Below the pieces are notes generated by a model. That model was not told where the DNA came from. It saw only the letters and a program-made list of their open reading frames with translations, and made no database searches. A stretch of DNA of 64,000 nt from Amoebophrya sp. A120 (taxonomy: Eukaryota; Protista; Dinoflagellata), in NCBI GenBank assembly GCA_905178155.1, contig CAJINV010000022.1:310001-374000 (forward strand), given 5' to 3'. Positions 9,401-19,770 of this stretch are shown one piece after another. The first letter of the stretch is position 1, and every line of letters begins with the position of its first letter. The translations under genes and the position numbers were made by a program.

Positions 9401-11593
9401 TGAGAAGAGCCGGAAGATCGCGGACTTGCAAGAACAACTGGCCCAAATGAGGCAGCAGAAGGAATCCGAAGTCGTGCAGCGGCTCCGGAAGGAGAGCGAA
9501 CTGGCGACGAACGAGAAGGAAACGGCAGACGCGGTGAAAAGTAATGCAGAAATGGCCCGCGTCATTGAGGATCTGAACATGAGGGAGAAGGCACTGAAGC
9601 AAAAAATATCTACTTATCAAACTATAAAAATGTTAGCGGTAACGGAATTTGTGATGCAGTAACGCATCAGAAATAAACGGCCCAAATTTGTATTGCGTAG
9701 CATGTATGGAAAGCAAAATTTGTAATGAGTGACTGCCATCAGGGAAAACCGTTAAGGTTGACACTTTTTTGCTTGATGCTACTATGGAAAAGGACATAGA
9801 GCAACACCACCAGAACATGGCCGCTGTTGCAGAGGGCAGAGCTTTATCGAATGCAAAAATGTCTCGGTCTGGAATAGTGTAACTTGTCACGCTACATGTG
9901 GATCGTGGAAGCATTTGCGTTGCATGATTACCAAAAGAGGCCCGCTTTTGAACAAGTTTAGAGGCAGTTTCTCATGCAGGAGCGGCATGATAGGGATCTC
10001 ACAGAACCTGTCATACCAGGCCGTGCATGGCAGACCGCGTGTGTCATGGAAAACCTGCATGACAAACCTACCAATCTTCCAGTCCCAAACATTTTTGCAT
10101 TTGATAAGTTTCCCAGGCTAAAGGACCGGATATATCGGACTACGCAGGGGAAACGGAGACACTTATGCATTGCAAAAGTATCGTACTCGTATTGCAATCA
10201 TGCATTACAAATCTTTCTCTTAAGGTAAATCAGCATTACAAATTTTATCTCTCATGCTGAGGAAATTTGTAATGCATTTATACGAGTACGATACTTTTTC
10301 CCTGGATAACACTGGAAATGGTACGATACTCAATAAGTGGTTGTTTTCGAATATTGTGAATGTAACAGTAAGTCTTTGAGATTCGGATGATTTCCGGATG
10401 AGAATAAGAATAACTAAAGCGGTACAAGTTGTAATGCAAAAAAGCAAATATTAACGCAGGTGGAGCAATTCCTTCGTGAGTACGACGCCGGCTGCAAGGC
10501 GGACGAAAAAAGCACCGCAAAACTTCTCCCCGACAGGAGAAGTGTCCCGTATGCCATGCAGGTCGTAAAATGGACGACGGAACAGAAGCAATTCCATAGC
10601 AATGGCGTGTATGCATCGCAAAAGTATCGTACTCGTCATGAAAATCGCATAGAATACTAAACACTTGTTTTTTCAAAAGGACAAGCGGAACTTGTAATGC
10701 GGAATCAAGTAAGGAAAAAGCAATCGACATACGAATGCGATACCTTTGCAGACTTGATAGCGTAAGCAGGTTTCACCGGCACCTGCTGAGTTTAGCACAG
10801 GAACGGATTATGGAGCTTTTGCCCTTCGAGGAGCAGGTAGAGGTGCGCACGGTCGAAATCGCGGAAACCAACAGCAAACTGGCCCAAAGCTTTGAGAAAA
10901 TCCGGTTCCTGACGAACAAACTGGAGGAAAAGAAGATGGAATACAGCGGGGCGAGCAACGTCACGACGCTACCGAGGGAAGGTACCAGTAGTTACAACAA
11001 TAGCTGTGTTTCATTTGTGATGCGCTTTTCCGCTTACTGACGAGTTGTGTGATGCAAAAACCGCATATCATGTGCCGTCGGATCAAAAGAACGTGAACGA
11101 GGACTACGACACCAAAAAAAAACAGATGCCGTCCGTCTCACGGAGGAAAATCAGAATCTTCAAAACCGTATAGCGTCCCTACAAGAGGAAAACGCGAGGC
11201 TCGCAGATGTGGAAGTGGAGAACGTGCAGTTACAACAGGAATATGAATTGCAAAAGTATCGCACTCGTATAAATGCATTACAAATTTTCTCAGCATGAGA
11301 TAGAAATGTAATGCGGATTCACCGTAACAAAAAAGATTTGTAATGCATGATTGCAATACGAGTACGATGCTTTTGCACAGGATAAGGAACTCCTCCGGTT
11401 TAAGCCCTACCCCGGGGCGGTTGGCGGGAGCACCACCAGCGCCAGTGGGGCGACCGCGGGTAACTACACGAATAACGCCGCGAACAGCTCCCCCACTACT
11501 TACACCACTTACCACGCCACGCCGTCTGTGGCGTATCACCTCATTACCGGCGGGGGCGGGTCGGTCTACCTGTCGGCGGGCCCGCGGGGGTGA
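462..11593 (+). CDS. TBC (Rab-GAP) domain protein with low-complexity linker and C-terminal coiled coil; 22 exons (16 TIR introns, 5 GT-AG introns)
   Basis: Manual splicing gives an open frame from ATG 462 to TGA 11593. Exons: 462-521, 4789-4974, 5196-5247, 5424-5468, 5753-5879, 6121-6142, 6314-6410, 6711-6772, 6987-7025, 7173-7241, 7428-7688, 7959-8251, 8365-8441, 8579-8641, 8863-9614, 9784-9844, 10112-10163, 10314-10320, 10460-10609, 10765-10981, 11126-11241, 11390-11593. TBC-type motifs: IKRDVKR, PTIGYTQGMHEVAAVL, LLHKHLPRLHHH, GLFTLF, AFLAVVLG, DFEES. Confidence 0.82.
620..945. repeat. ~12-bp C-tract minisatellite GGCCCCCC(C)TAA/TGA/TCA; G-quadruplex-prone on the minus strand
   Basis: Repeated ggccccccctaa/ggcccccctga units. 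The same unit recurs at 2495-2590. Confidence 0.85.
1370..3830. repeat. ~200-bp GC-rich satellite, about 13 units, largely alternating between two subtypes
   Basis: Core CTTCTGCCCTGAAGCTTTGCTTGCTTTGC..GAAGGCC..CCAAGCGAGCCCCGGCGCCGG near 1465, 1672, 1866, 2065, 2250, 2445, 2673, 2856, 3028, 3248, 3451, 3632 and 3812. Subtypes are marked by CTCGCTCCCTCGGG versus CTCGTGTCTT. Confidence 0.9.
4975..5195 (+). other. Canonical GT-AG intron
   Basis: GAG|GTACTG...ACAAG|GTC joins GMHE|VAAVL, the TBC motif. Confidence 0.75.
5248..5418. mobile_element. Degenerate TIR introner (B-like)
   Basis: TATGTATC...GATGCATA. Flanks CGGTT/AACCT are decayed, but removing element+5 nt gives ALPGSPLDDF in frame. Confidence 0.6.
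5469..5747. mobile_element. TIR introner family E
   Basis: TATCCTGAGTAAAAACGTACCC/GGGTACGTTTTTACTCAGGATA; direct repeat CGATA; frame restored (CGDMWR). Confidence 0.9.
5880..6115. mobile_element. TIR introner family F
   Basis: TATGGCGTTCTCAAACGTTACA/TGTAACGCTTGAGAACCCCATA; direct repeat CTGTC. Confidence 0.9.
6143..6308. mobile_element. Degenerate TIR introner family B
   Basis: TATGCATA...TTGCAATGCATA. Flanks TGTTT/CACCA match 0/5, yet removing element+5 nt gives NGLF|TLFVHW. Confidence 0.7.
6411..6705. mobile_element. TIR introner family G
   Basis: TATGAAGGCCTCAGAAGGGAAATCCTCAAA/TTTGAGGATTTCCATTCTGAGGCTGTCATA; direct repeat TGTGC. Confidence 0.9.
6773..6981. mobile_element. TIR introner family H
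   Basis: TATCCAAGAAAAAAA/TTTTTTTCTTGGATA; direct repeat AGTCC. Confidence 0.9.
7026..7172 (+). other. Canonical GT-AG intron with CAGGTG repeated at both junctions
   Basis: CAG|GTG...CAG|GTG; frame continues RFQ|VVYF. Confidence 0.65.
7242..7422. mobile_element. TIR introner family C
   Basis: TATCACAGGAAAAAGTGTTAACG/CGTTAACACTTTTTCTTGGGATA; flanks GAGTG/GATTG. Confidence 0.88.
7689..7953. mobile_element. TIR introner family A
   Basis: TIR core GTCTGGGTCTGGAA/TTCCAGACCCAGAC; direct repeat CGCAA. Confidence 0.9.
8252..8359. mobile_element. Short (108 bp) internally deleted family A introner
   Basis: TATGCACCGCAAATAT/ATATTTGCAACGCATA; direct repeat CAGCA; frame restored. Confidence 0.8.
8442..8578 (+). 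other. Canonical GT-AG intron
   Basis: TAG|GTATA...TCAG|GT; frame maintained. Confidence 0.6.
8642..8857. mobile_element. TIR introner family I
   Basis: TATGACAATGCACAAC/GTTGTGCACTTTCATA; direct repeat TAGTG. Confidence 0.9.
9615..9778. mobile_element. TIR introner family C (divergent)
   Basis: TATCAA...TTGATG; direct repeat CTACT; joins KIST|MEKD. Confidence 0.82.
9845..10106. mobile_element. TIR introner family A
   Basis: Family A TIRs; flanks AGCTT/AGTTT. Confidence 0.87.
10164..10308. mobile_element. TIR introner family B
   Basis: TIR core AAAAGTATCGTACTCGTA/TACGAGTACGATACTTTT; direct repeat ACACT. Confidence 0.9.
10321..10459 (+). other. Canonical GT-AG intron
   Basis: ATG|GTACG...ACGCAG|GTG joins LEM|VEQF. 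Confidence 0.6.
10610..10759. mobile_element. TIR introner family B
   Basis: Family B TIRs; flanks GCGTG/GCGTA. Confidence 0.85.
10982..11125 (+). other. Canonical GT-AG intron
   Basis: GAAG|GTACC...AAACAG|AT joins PRE|DAVRL. Confidence 0.65.
11242..11384. mobile_element. TIR introner family B
   Basis: Family B TIRs; direct repeat AGGAA. Confidence 0.9.
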
Positions 11594-12529
11594 AAAATCT
11601 TGTTGTGCTGGCCCTGGCAAGAGTCTCGCCAATAAGAAATTGAATACTTTTTTCAAACAAATTCAAATGCCTTTTAACGTGACACGACTCACGATGATGT
11701 ATCAGAAATACCTACTTACTTTTTACGCTTGAGTTGTGCCTAAAGAAGCCAGCACGACATGCATGAATTATCATCGCGCAGACAAATGCTTCGCATGCCA
11801 GATCTAGACAATGACAACCATAAGTGCCACTGACGCTTAACCTTTAGGCATAAAATTAAAAATAAATAGAATGCAGGCAATAAAGCCAATCATAGCAATT
11901 TTCGTTTCAACTAATAGCATCACCAGCGCTAGCGCAGAAAAATGTCAAAATAGCAAAGAAAGTATGAACTACTTTACCAATTACGATTCAAACGTTTCCT
12001 TAGAAGCCACGAGGTGGGCAGCAACTCAAGCATCCTCGCGCACGACAGCAGCGGAATTTTATGTACAATTAGCGTGCTGCGATGATTATCCACCGATGTG
12101 CTTGATCTAACACTTCTAACAGATTTTTCAGATTTTTTGATGTACACAATGTTTGTATAGGCACGAAGAAAATAAGTACAGCAGACTACAGCACCATGCG
12201 GCAGTAGACACTGCGAATCTACTTCACTGCTTCTGGCATCGGCGTCGTGCTGGTTCTTCCGAGTAATATGATCTGCTTCTCGACGAAAAGCGTTTATCTT
12301 TTTTTTTCTTTGGGCTGCTCGACAGCGACACCGGTACAGAAGCGCTGGATCAACAAGCCCACGCGGCTCACAGTCACCACGGCCGGAACAAAAATTTACG
12401 TCTGTCGTGCTCCTTCTAAAGTTACCTTTATATACTTCTTCTACCGCTTGCGCATAGATCGTTTTTGGCCAGCACAAACATTACACCTTGTAGGACCGTT
12501 TGGTTCTGTCTCGCTCTTTACACTTCAAA

Positions 12530-15500
12530 ATGGATGCCCCACCAGGCCAAGAACTTCCAGACACTTTGGTGCCCCCAGCACCTCCTGCTCCACCGTCTTC
12601 CCCAGGAGGCTACCGTGGTCTCCTCGGCGTGGGCGCGACCTTGCTAAAAAGGTTGAAATTCCTTGCCAAAGTGAAGGCGCTCCTGCTTTCTAACAAGGAG
12701 ATGATTGCGAACAAAGCAGGATCTTTGGCAGCATTGCCGTTTTTGCAACCGCATCAAGGGCGACAACTTTTGGGAGACCGCTCTAGTAGAACAAGCACTT
12801 GCGAATCAACATCATCTTCTTGTTCTGGAAGCAGCAGTCTCGGAGCGGCGGCTCGCCAGTCCTTGCCCAGACCTCAGACCCCTTGCGATCGACTCCTGCC
12901 CGACTCCGAGGCCGCTCGTGAAACAAAATTGCCAACTTGCTGCACAGCTTCAACGTGCCCACTCTGTGGCGCAGCGTGGTACTACAACTCTTCTGCAGAT
13001 AAAGATCTTGCTGGGGGTAAGTCATCTTGCTCAATGTTGAGCACTACTTCTACACCAGCAGCAGAACAGCCGAACCCCGACGTGCCGCCCTGGGTTTGGG
13101 AGCACATTCACTCAGACTTTTTCCTGCGCTGCCCGCCCAGGGAAAGTGACGAGGAGAGAGGGGATTCTTTCGCCAGTAACTCGCATTCTCTCATCCTGCC
13201 GAGGAAGAGAAGCAACCCGAATCTCGGCAGTGGAGGTTCCGAAAGTACAACTACTAGTCGTGACACAACAACTAGTATCTCCCCTCCTTACGCGAGAGTG
13301 AACCCAAATCCTCCCAGAACCGCCACAGACCCCGATCAGGATGAAGATTTTGACAAACATGTCGCGAGGAAGCTGATCGACTTTCTGAACCACGAGCTAG
13401 CCCTTGACGCGGTTTCGCAGCAAATGAACGACCTAGCTTACGAAACGAAAAAGCAGAGAAACTTGATGACGTGGCTACACGAGCAGATTGACAATGTTTG
13501 GGAAGAGAGGGGATTGGTCTTTCAGAACCTGCGCGAGAACTTCATGCACAGCGGTACTGTTGACCCCGACAGCGAGACGGCGCTGACGGTAAGGATATCT
13601 AAAGGAAAAATCCCCCCTCCCCATACTGAAAAGGTGTATTTTTGGAAATTTGTGATGCTGATTTGTGGTCACAAATCGTGTCTTCTGCAAGAAGGCAAAC
13701 GCAGAAGGCCGCAAGCATTATCCCGGCGGTTTGTAATGCTGCTGGACCTACGTCATGGACTTTTGTCATTCTGAGCGCGTAGGCCAAAACCTCCCCACTC
13801 CGGTTTGATATAGGCCTGCAGTCCTCTACAGCAAGACAAGGCTGATTTGTGTACGCAAATCCAGCAACAGAAATTTCGTTTTGATATGGGGTGGGAGGGA
13901 TTTTTCCCTTTGATACAGGACCGACTTGGCTTTGTCGCGGGACAAGGTGAAGCGGATACAAGCCGGATTGGACCCGTCGTATATCCAGAACGCAATCCGG
14001 AAATTTTTGTTTATCAAAAGGAAAAATCCCCCCTCCCCATATCGAAAACGAAATTTGTGATGCTGGATTTGAGCACATATCAGATTTGCCTTGCTGAAGA
14101 GGACTGCAGGCCCACATCAAGCCTGAGTAGATGTAGAGAGGTTTTGGCCTAGGCGCTTAGCATGAGAAACGTCTGCGCTGTAGGCCAAACAGCATCTGCA
14201 TCACAAACCGCCTGCATAATGCGGCGGAGCCTGTGGAGTTGCCTTCTTGCAAGACAGAGATCATTTGTGGTCGCAAATCAGCATTGCAAATTTTCTGAAG
14301 CGTACCTTTTCGATATGGGGAGGGGGGATTTTTCCCCGGGATATTGTTCCGGGAGAAATTTCTGAAACGGCGGGGAAGTAGTAGTAGCTTCAGAAATAGG
14401 CATCGGATGGTCGACGTCAGCACGGGAGGTGGACGGGGCAGCAGCAGTCGTGCAGCGTCTCTTGATTTGGCGAAATTTAACTCCAACTCTTTCGCCAATC
14501 AGGTCTCTAACAGAAACGACGGTGGCTTGCAATTACTGACAACTTCCAGACTTTTCAAGCAAAACCGAGACAAAGTGCAGGAACGGTTAATCAGAGACCA
14601 ACCGCGGCCCGTCCCGGTTGTTTTGAAAAAGGGAGTTTACCAGTGCGGGCATGATTACGGGTACATGAGTGTATGCAATACAAATTTCCCGTACATGTAC
14701 AAGATGCATCACAAATTTCGCCAATTTGGAGCGTCAAACTTGTCATGCTAAACTAGGATCGAGGCCAAGTTTTGTCATGCAGAGACCGCATGTGTACGTG
14801 TACAGGAAATTTACTGTGGATAGAGCAACGAGCAAGTTTACGAACTGATGTCCTACAAGTACGAGGGTGCCGTCCATTCCGAATTGCGAAGCGCTCCGAA
14901 GAACACCCACCACCAGTGGCTCAGCCCGGTGGTGCATGAGACGGACGTTTTGCCCTACCAGCTGTTTGGATATGGGAGTGCACAACCCCCCTCCCACTCA
15001 TATGTAATGCGAAACACCCAATCCACCTCTTGCTTTCAGGCTCTGTTTGCATGACAAATTTTGGAACCTAAAACAGTACTACAATCTGTGTGCAGATTTG
15101 TCATGCGAAAGGCCCATTTGTCCCGTTTCTTGTGTTGCTACGCATTCACCTCAAATGAGGGGGAGAGGGAGTTGTGCACTTTTATATTGGAAACAAGGCT
15201 CGGAAGTGGATGCTGCTGCGAAAGGATTGGACCTTGGAAGATATTCAAATGCCAGACGCAGATGAAGTTGTAGACGAGAGAATTATAGCGGCGGATGTTG
15301 GTGAACGTGAAGAGGACGCCTTGTTCGCCGGCGAAACTAGGGAAGAAGAGGAAACAGTACACCACGAGACCGGCGCGAAAGTGGATCAGAATCCCGCAGA
15401 TCCTCGTGCTGGGCGAACCAACAGGCATAAAGCCGCCTACCACTTTACCTACCCAATAGCTTTTCGCAACGAAGAGGAACGACAAACAGCTGTGATGCAC

Positions 15501-17119
15501 AACCGAAGGACCACATCAATAAGGCAAAGCCGTGTCACATCAACACCAACATCATCTTCACCAAGCGCCGCAGTGTCAACTCGAGATGATTCGTCCCGTG
15601 GTGGTAGTGCCACCAGTGGCACATCATCAACGACAAACTCAAGTTCAACTTCTAACCTCCGCGAAGATGATTACAGTACAACTCCCGTCGGTGACCACGC
15701 AGAGGAACAGCCAGCAGCGATGTTTGAATCTCTCATGGAGGTTCACGTCGACGCCGGTGGTATTTTCGCCGAGAGTATCAAATGTAAAAACGTCTGGGTC
15801 TGGAAGAGTGCATGTATGTCATGCTGGTCTGGCATGAATCTTAAATCTGTCATGCACGTTGCCCAAGAGCCGCACTTCTCTGTCATGCGGAGACGCAATT
15901 TGTCATGCAGAATAGGCAACACCTACAAGCTCAGAAATTTCTCATGCTGAGCCAGCACTTCTGGCCTCCTCATGCTGCGCCACTCAGCATCACAAGTTTC
16001 CAGACCCAGACACTTTTGCATTTGATAGAGAGACTCGAAAACATGCTGGACCTGCGGGAGCGGTTTTTCGACCGAATGGTCCGGACAAACAACGCAGATC
16101 ACTGGACGCTATGCATTGCAAAAGTTAAAGTATCGTACTAATGGAAAAAATCGCATGACAAATGTCCTCAGCATGAGAGGACACGGAATTTGTAGTGCGG
16201 ATTTGCCTTGAAGACCAGATTTGTAATGCGGAATTGCAATTAGTGCGATCTTTTGCACAGGATAGACGCCCTTTTTTCGCACCTGGAGGATGAGCTTTCC
16301 GTTTGAACACCGACTGTCCTCGTTTTCCAAAAAGCCAGTGGTGGATTTCGATTCGGTAGAGGATTTCGCGAGGGAGAATGGGCTGCTTGTTTATTCCGAA
16401 GGTCCTCGTGAAGGTCGTCGATCATCTTCTCAACAAGACCACCGAAACAAAAATCATGCGGGACAGAATCAGAAACAACAAAGAGCAACTCCAGGCGGAA
16501 CAAGAAAATTTTCACCAGAACAAGAGCAACACCAGCTTCTATCAGACTCGCAAAAGGCCTTCCTCGAGGATAAGATCGACACCACGACCCGCGGGCAGCA
16601 CCACGCCGGGAGTTTAGACTATGCATTGCAAAAGTATCGTACTAGTATAAATCGCATGACAAATTTCCTCGGAATGGAAAATGGAATTTGTCATGCTGAT
16701 TTACCTTGCGAACCAGATTTGTCATGCATATCTGCGATTAGTACGAGTGCGATGCTTTTGCATTTGATACAGACGACAAGGACGTAATCCGGAACGGGAG
16801 AAATATGGAATACTTGGTCGCCGAATCCAAAACCGTCTTCACGATCATCACTTGCCAGGTCCAGAACGAACCGGCGCGGCTCCAGAACCTGGAAAGAGCG
16901 AACTTTTTCCGGTTGGGCGGACAGTTTTTTGAGCGGGAACGGGATGCGGCGGTAGAGAACAACTACTGGGGCTGTGGGTACAATGTTTGCACCCGGATGA
17001 AAAACGACGTGAACGACGGGAGTGTCAAAACGTTGAACCCAAACAATGGTGTGACGAAGCGCAAGTTGGGGCTGGGGCTGAACGGGGGGATGATGGAACA
17101 AGTAGAGGTGGATATTTGA
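12530..17119 (+). CDS. Hypothetical protein, 8 exons separated by 7 TIR introns
   Basis: Open frame MDAPPGQ...EQVEVDI* after removing the elements at 13596, 14012, 14672, 14971, 15776, 16110 and 16620, each plus 5 nt. No domain recognised. Confidence 0.75.
13596..13915 (+). mobile_element. TIR introner family D, orientation 1
   Basis: TATC..AAGGAAAAATCCC..CCCCATA TIR; flanks AAGGA/CAGGA. Confidence 0.88.
14012..14343 (-). mobile_element. TIR introner family D, orientation 2
   Basis: Direct repeat TTGTT. Interior is the reverse complement of the 13596 copy. Confidence 0.88.
14672..14822. mobile_element. TIR introner family J
   Basis: AAATTTCCCGTACATGTACA/TGTACGTGTACAGGAAATTT with TAT..ATA ends; flanks GAGTG/GAGCA. 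Confidence 0.8.
14971..15186. mobile_element. TIR introner family I, opposite orientation to the 8642 copy
   Basis: Direct repeat TTGGA; joins QLFG|NKAR. Confidence 0.9.
15776..16027. mobile_element. TIR introner family A
   Basis: Direct repeat GAGAG. Interior closely matches 39825-40085. Confidence 0.9.
16110..16264. mobile_element. TIR introner family B
   Basis: Family B TIRs; direct repeat GACGC. Confidence 0.88.
16620..16769. mobile_element. TIR introner family B
   Basis: Family B TIRs; flanks TAGAC/CAGAC. Confidence 0.88.
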
Positions 17120-17689
17120 AGACGATCATGAAGATACGGGTTTCTTTGTCTTCTTGTTCTTTGCCTTTCCACTTTATTTTTGTGCGAGAACGAGTAGTTG
17201 GACGCGGGCGTGGGCTGAGGTATTTCGCGTAGAAGATTCTCTGACAACTTCAACTTGCTCATCTATGTCTGTTTCAAATAAACTTTGTCGTGTCAGTGCC
17301 AGCTACTAGGCGATTAGTTTGCTTACTTACTCGCCGGTGGCGAGGTTTTAGTTTTTGGATTTTTCCTGCTGTATGCTGTAACTCATCTTCTCAGACGAAC
17401 CGAAATAGTCCGGCAAAGTCGTTCGCGTGCGTGTGGCTGTCTGATGATTTCACCTGTTGGCGTCATTGTCTGAGAAAGGTACTTTGATGACGGCTGCGGA
17501 CCTTTGACGCAACTTTGGGAATACAGAATCACACTGAAATTAATCTTTTTAGATTACGCCATAATCATGATCGAGGCTCGTTTTATTTATCGTTTGTGTT
17601 CCCGTATTAAGTTCCGTCAAAAGCTTAAGACTCTTCTGTAGCAACATGCCGGGCGTCTTCGTGTCTTTAGCTTTATGGGTTCTCTAACA

Positions 17690-19480
17690 AAAATATATTG
17701 AGTGGCGGCACCGGGGGGAGGAATTCGCGGCCGAATTCACCAAGTGGATCCGCAAAAAGATCGCCAAAACCGGCAAGGTCGGGGATGACTTCACGAATTT
17801 GCCGACGGCGGGGCAGGTGGATCACAAGGCGAAGAGCGGGAAAACGCGCCAGATACTGGGGGGCGGGCCCCAAGCGAATGAGCCCGGAGAGAGCCGGCGG
17901 GCGGTTTTGTTTTCGCAGCAAACTACTGCCGCGCGGCCGGGCTGCTCGGATCGATGTACCGCCGACGGCCTCCGGCTTGGCGGGCGCTTTCACCGCCCTG
18001 CCCCGAAACCGCTGCGAAGGCCGCGGGGCCGCTACCTAGGCATCCGGTAGGCGCCCCGATGGGCCGCGGCCGAGCAAACAGCCCCGCGGCCGGGGGTTCG
18101 GCTAGTCTGTCTGTCCGGCCCGCGCACGCTGCCCCCCGGCCTACAGGGGGCGGCGCCCCATTGCCCCCGCGCCCCGCGGCGCATTGTGTGCTTGCCCCGT
18201 GGACGAAATCCGGGGGGGCCGCCTGGGCGTACGCAGCTGGCGCGCCCCCCCGCCTTTGCGCCTTGCCTGGCTGCCTCGCTCAATTAAAGGCGCGGGCCAC
18301 CGCCTGCAGCCGAGTCGCGAGCGTGGCGCGCGGTGCGTGCCGGCCAAGATCGGCGGAAGCGAAGGGCCTGCGGGGCGGTCGGCGGGCGCGCCCCGGCCGG
18401 CGGGCCTTCGCGCTTGCCTTTGGGGCGCTTGTTGTGCGTGGCCGGAGGGCTGGGCTTTGTGGGCGATTGTAGTACTGCGGCCGTCGAGAGTAATGTCGCC
18501 GATTTTATGGCGATGCATGCCCTCCCGGCTACCTTTAGCGGAGGCGGCGAGCGTCTGCATCGGTTCGCGCGATGTACGACCTAAAGCCGACTAATACCTT
18601 CCCGGAACCTTTCGCCTCGCTTACCCAGGCCGATGCGAATTACCGGACTACGACGGGAGGGCGCACCCTTGCAGACCGCAGCCCCTCCAACAAGATTGCG
18701 GCGCAGTATCCGCAGCGGGCCGCCCTTCCATGAATCGCCCGCGCAGAGCGGGGCCGGGGCGGCTTCCGCCGCGAACTTGCCCCAGTAGAATGGGAGCAAC
18801 TGCAACAAGGCGCGGCGCAAATGGCGGGGCGGTTGATAACCCTCGGCGCCCGGCCTGCGGACTACCAGCGCCCCGCATTGCGGCGCCCCGTGCCGTGTGT
18901 GGCGCTGCCTGTTGGGCCGCTGTGCCTGCCTGTTTCCCGGCAATGGCCCGGGCCGGGCGGGCCGATAAAGCGCGCACGGTGGCGCAGCCCGCCATCGCGT
19001 ATCTGCGTGCGTGGGCGCCCGCCGCTTGGGAGGGTAGGCAGGTTCCTGCCCCCGTAAGCAATCGGCCCACTGCTTAGGCATGCGTGGCCCGTGTCAGGAG
19101 TGCCGACTCCTTCGGCCAGCCTGGCACGCATCATCGAGCCGCCCGGCCGCCCCTCGCTCCCCGTACCTAGCTGGCGCGCGTCGCTTGGCGGGGTAGTGTC
19201 GCCGCAGGGGCAGGCCATGCATGCGCCGATCGATGCTTGGGTGTCTGTGTGTTGTGGCGATTCATTGGCCTGGCCGCGCGCGGCACCCCACCGGCCCGCC
19301 GCGCTTTCATTTTCATGCGTGTGCCAACCTTTGCACACCTGCCAAGTAAGATGCTTGGCCCCTGCTGGGCAAATAGGCTGCTAGCTGACAACGGCTGCCC
19401 GGTTGCCATTGCCCGTGCAGATGCGTCATTATGTCGACCGCTACCGGAAGATGTTCTGTTTGATGCGAATGCATGTTGTG
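17690..19480. other. GC-rich intergenic island, probably a decayed mobile element or pseudogene
   Basis: Abrupt rise in GC content relative to the flanks. No long credible ORF, but a protein-like remnant (YIEWRHRGEEFAAEFTKWIRKKIAK) at its left edge. Confidence 0.4.
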
Positions 19481-19770
19481 GCTTCGCTTTCAGGGTTAAT
19501 TAAAGGGTTTGCTTAGGGCTCCTAGCTTGATTCTCAGTACTTATTTTCTCTCCACCTTCGCGCCCGAATGGCAAGACCGGGAAAGCATTCACCTCCTAAC
19601 TTCCGAAACAAATGGAGATGACGAAGCTGGAGTCCTGAAACAGGTCGAGGCTCAAGTACTTTGAGCTTTTTGTAAATGTGGTCCGCCGACTCTCGTTTCT
19701 CTGTCCTTTAGGAAACTATAACCTTTTTGAAGTACTGAATATTTACGCAAGAAGCACTTCGCGCACAAAG

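Noticed and set aside
17720-17752. Cloning adaptor (EcoRI/EagI/EcoRI/BamHI cluster)
   Set aside because: No complete NotI site or vector context, and it reads through as part of a protein-like frame.
17690-19480. rRNA gene or spacer
   Set aside because: No conserved SSU, 5.8S or LSU motifs recognised.
19649-19656. Relic dinoflagellate spliced leader (GGCTCAAG)
   Set aside because: Only 8 bp match, which is expected by chance in 64 kb.
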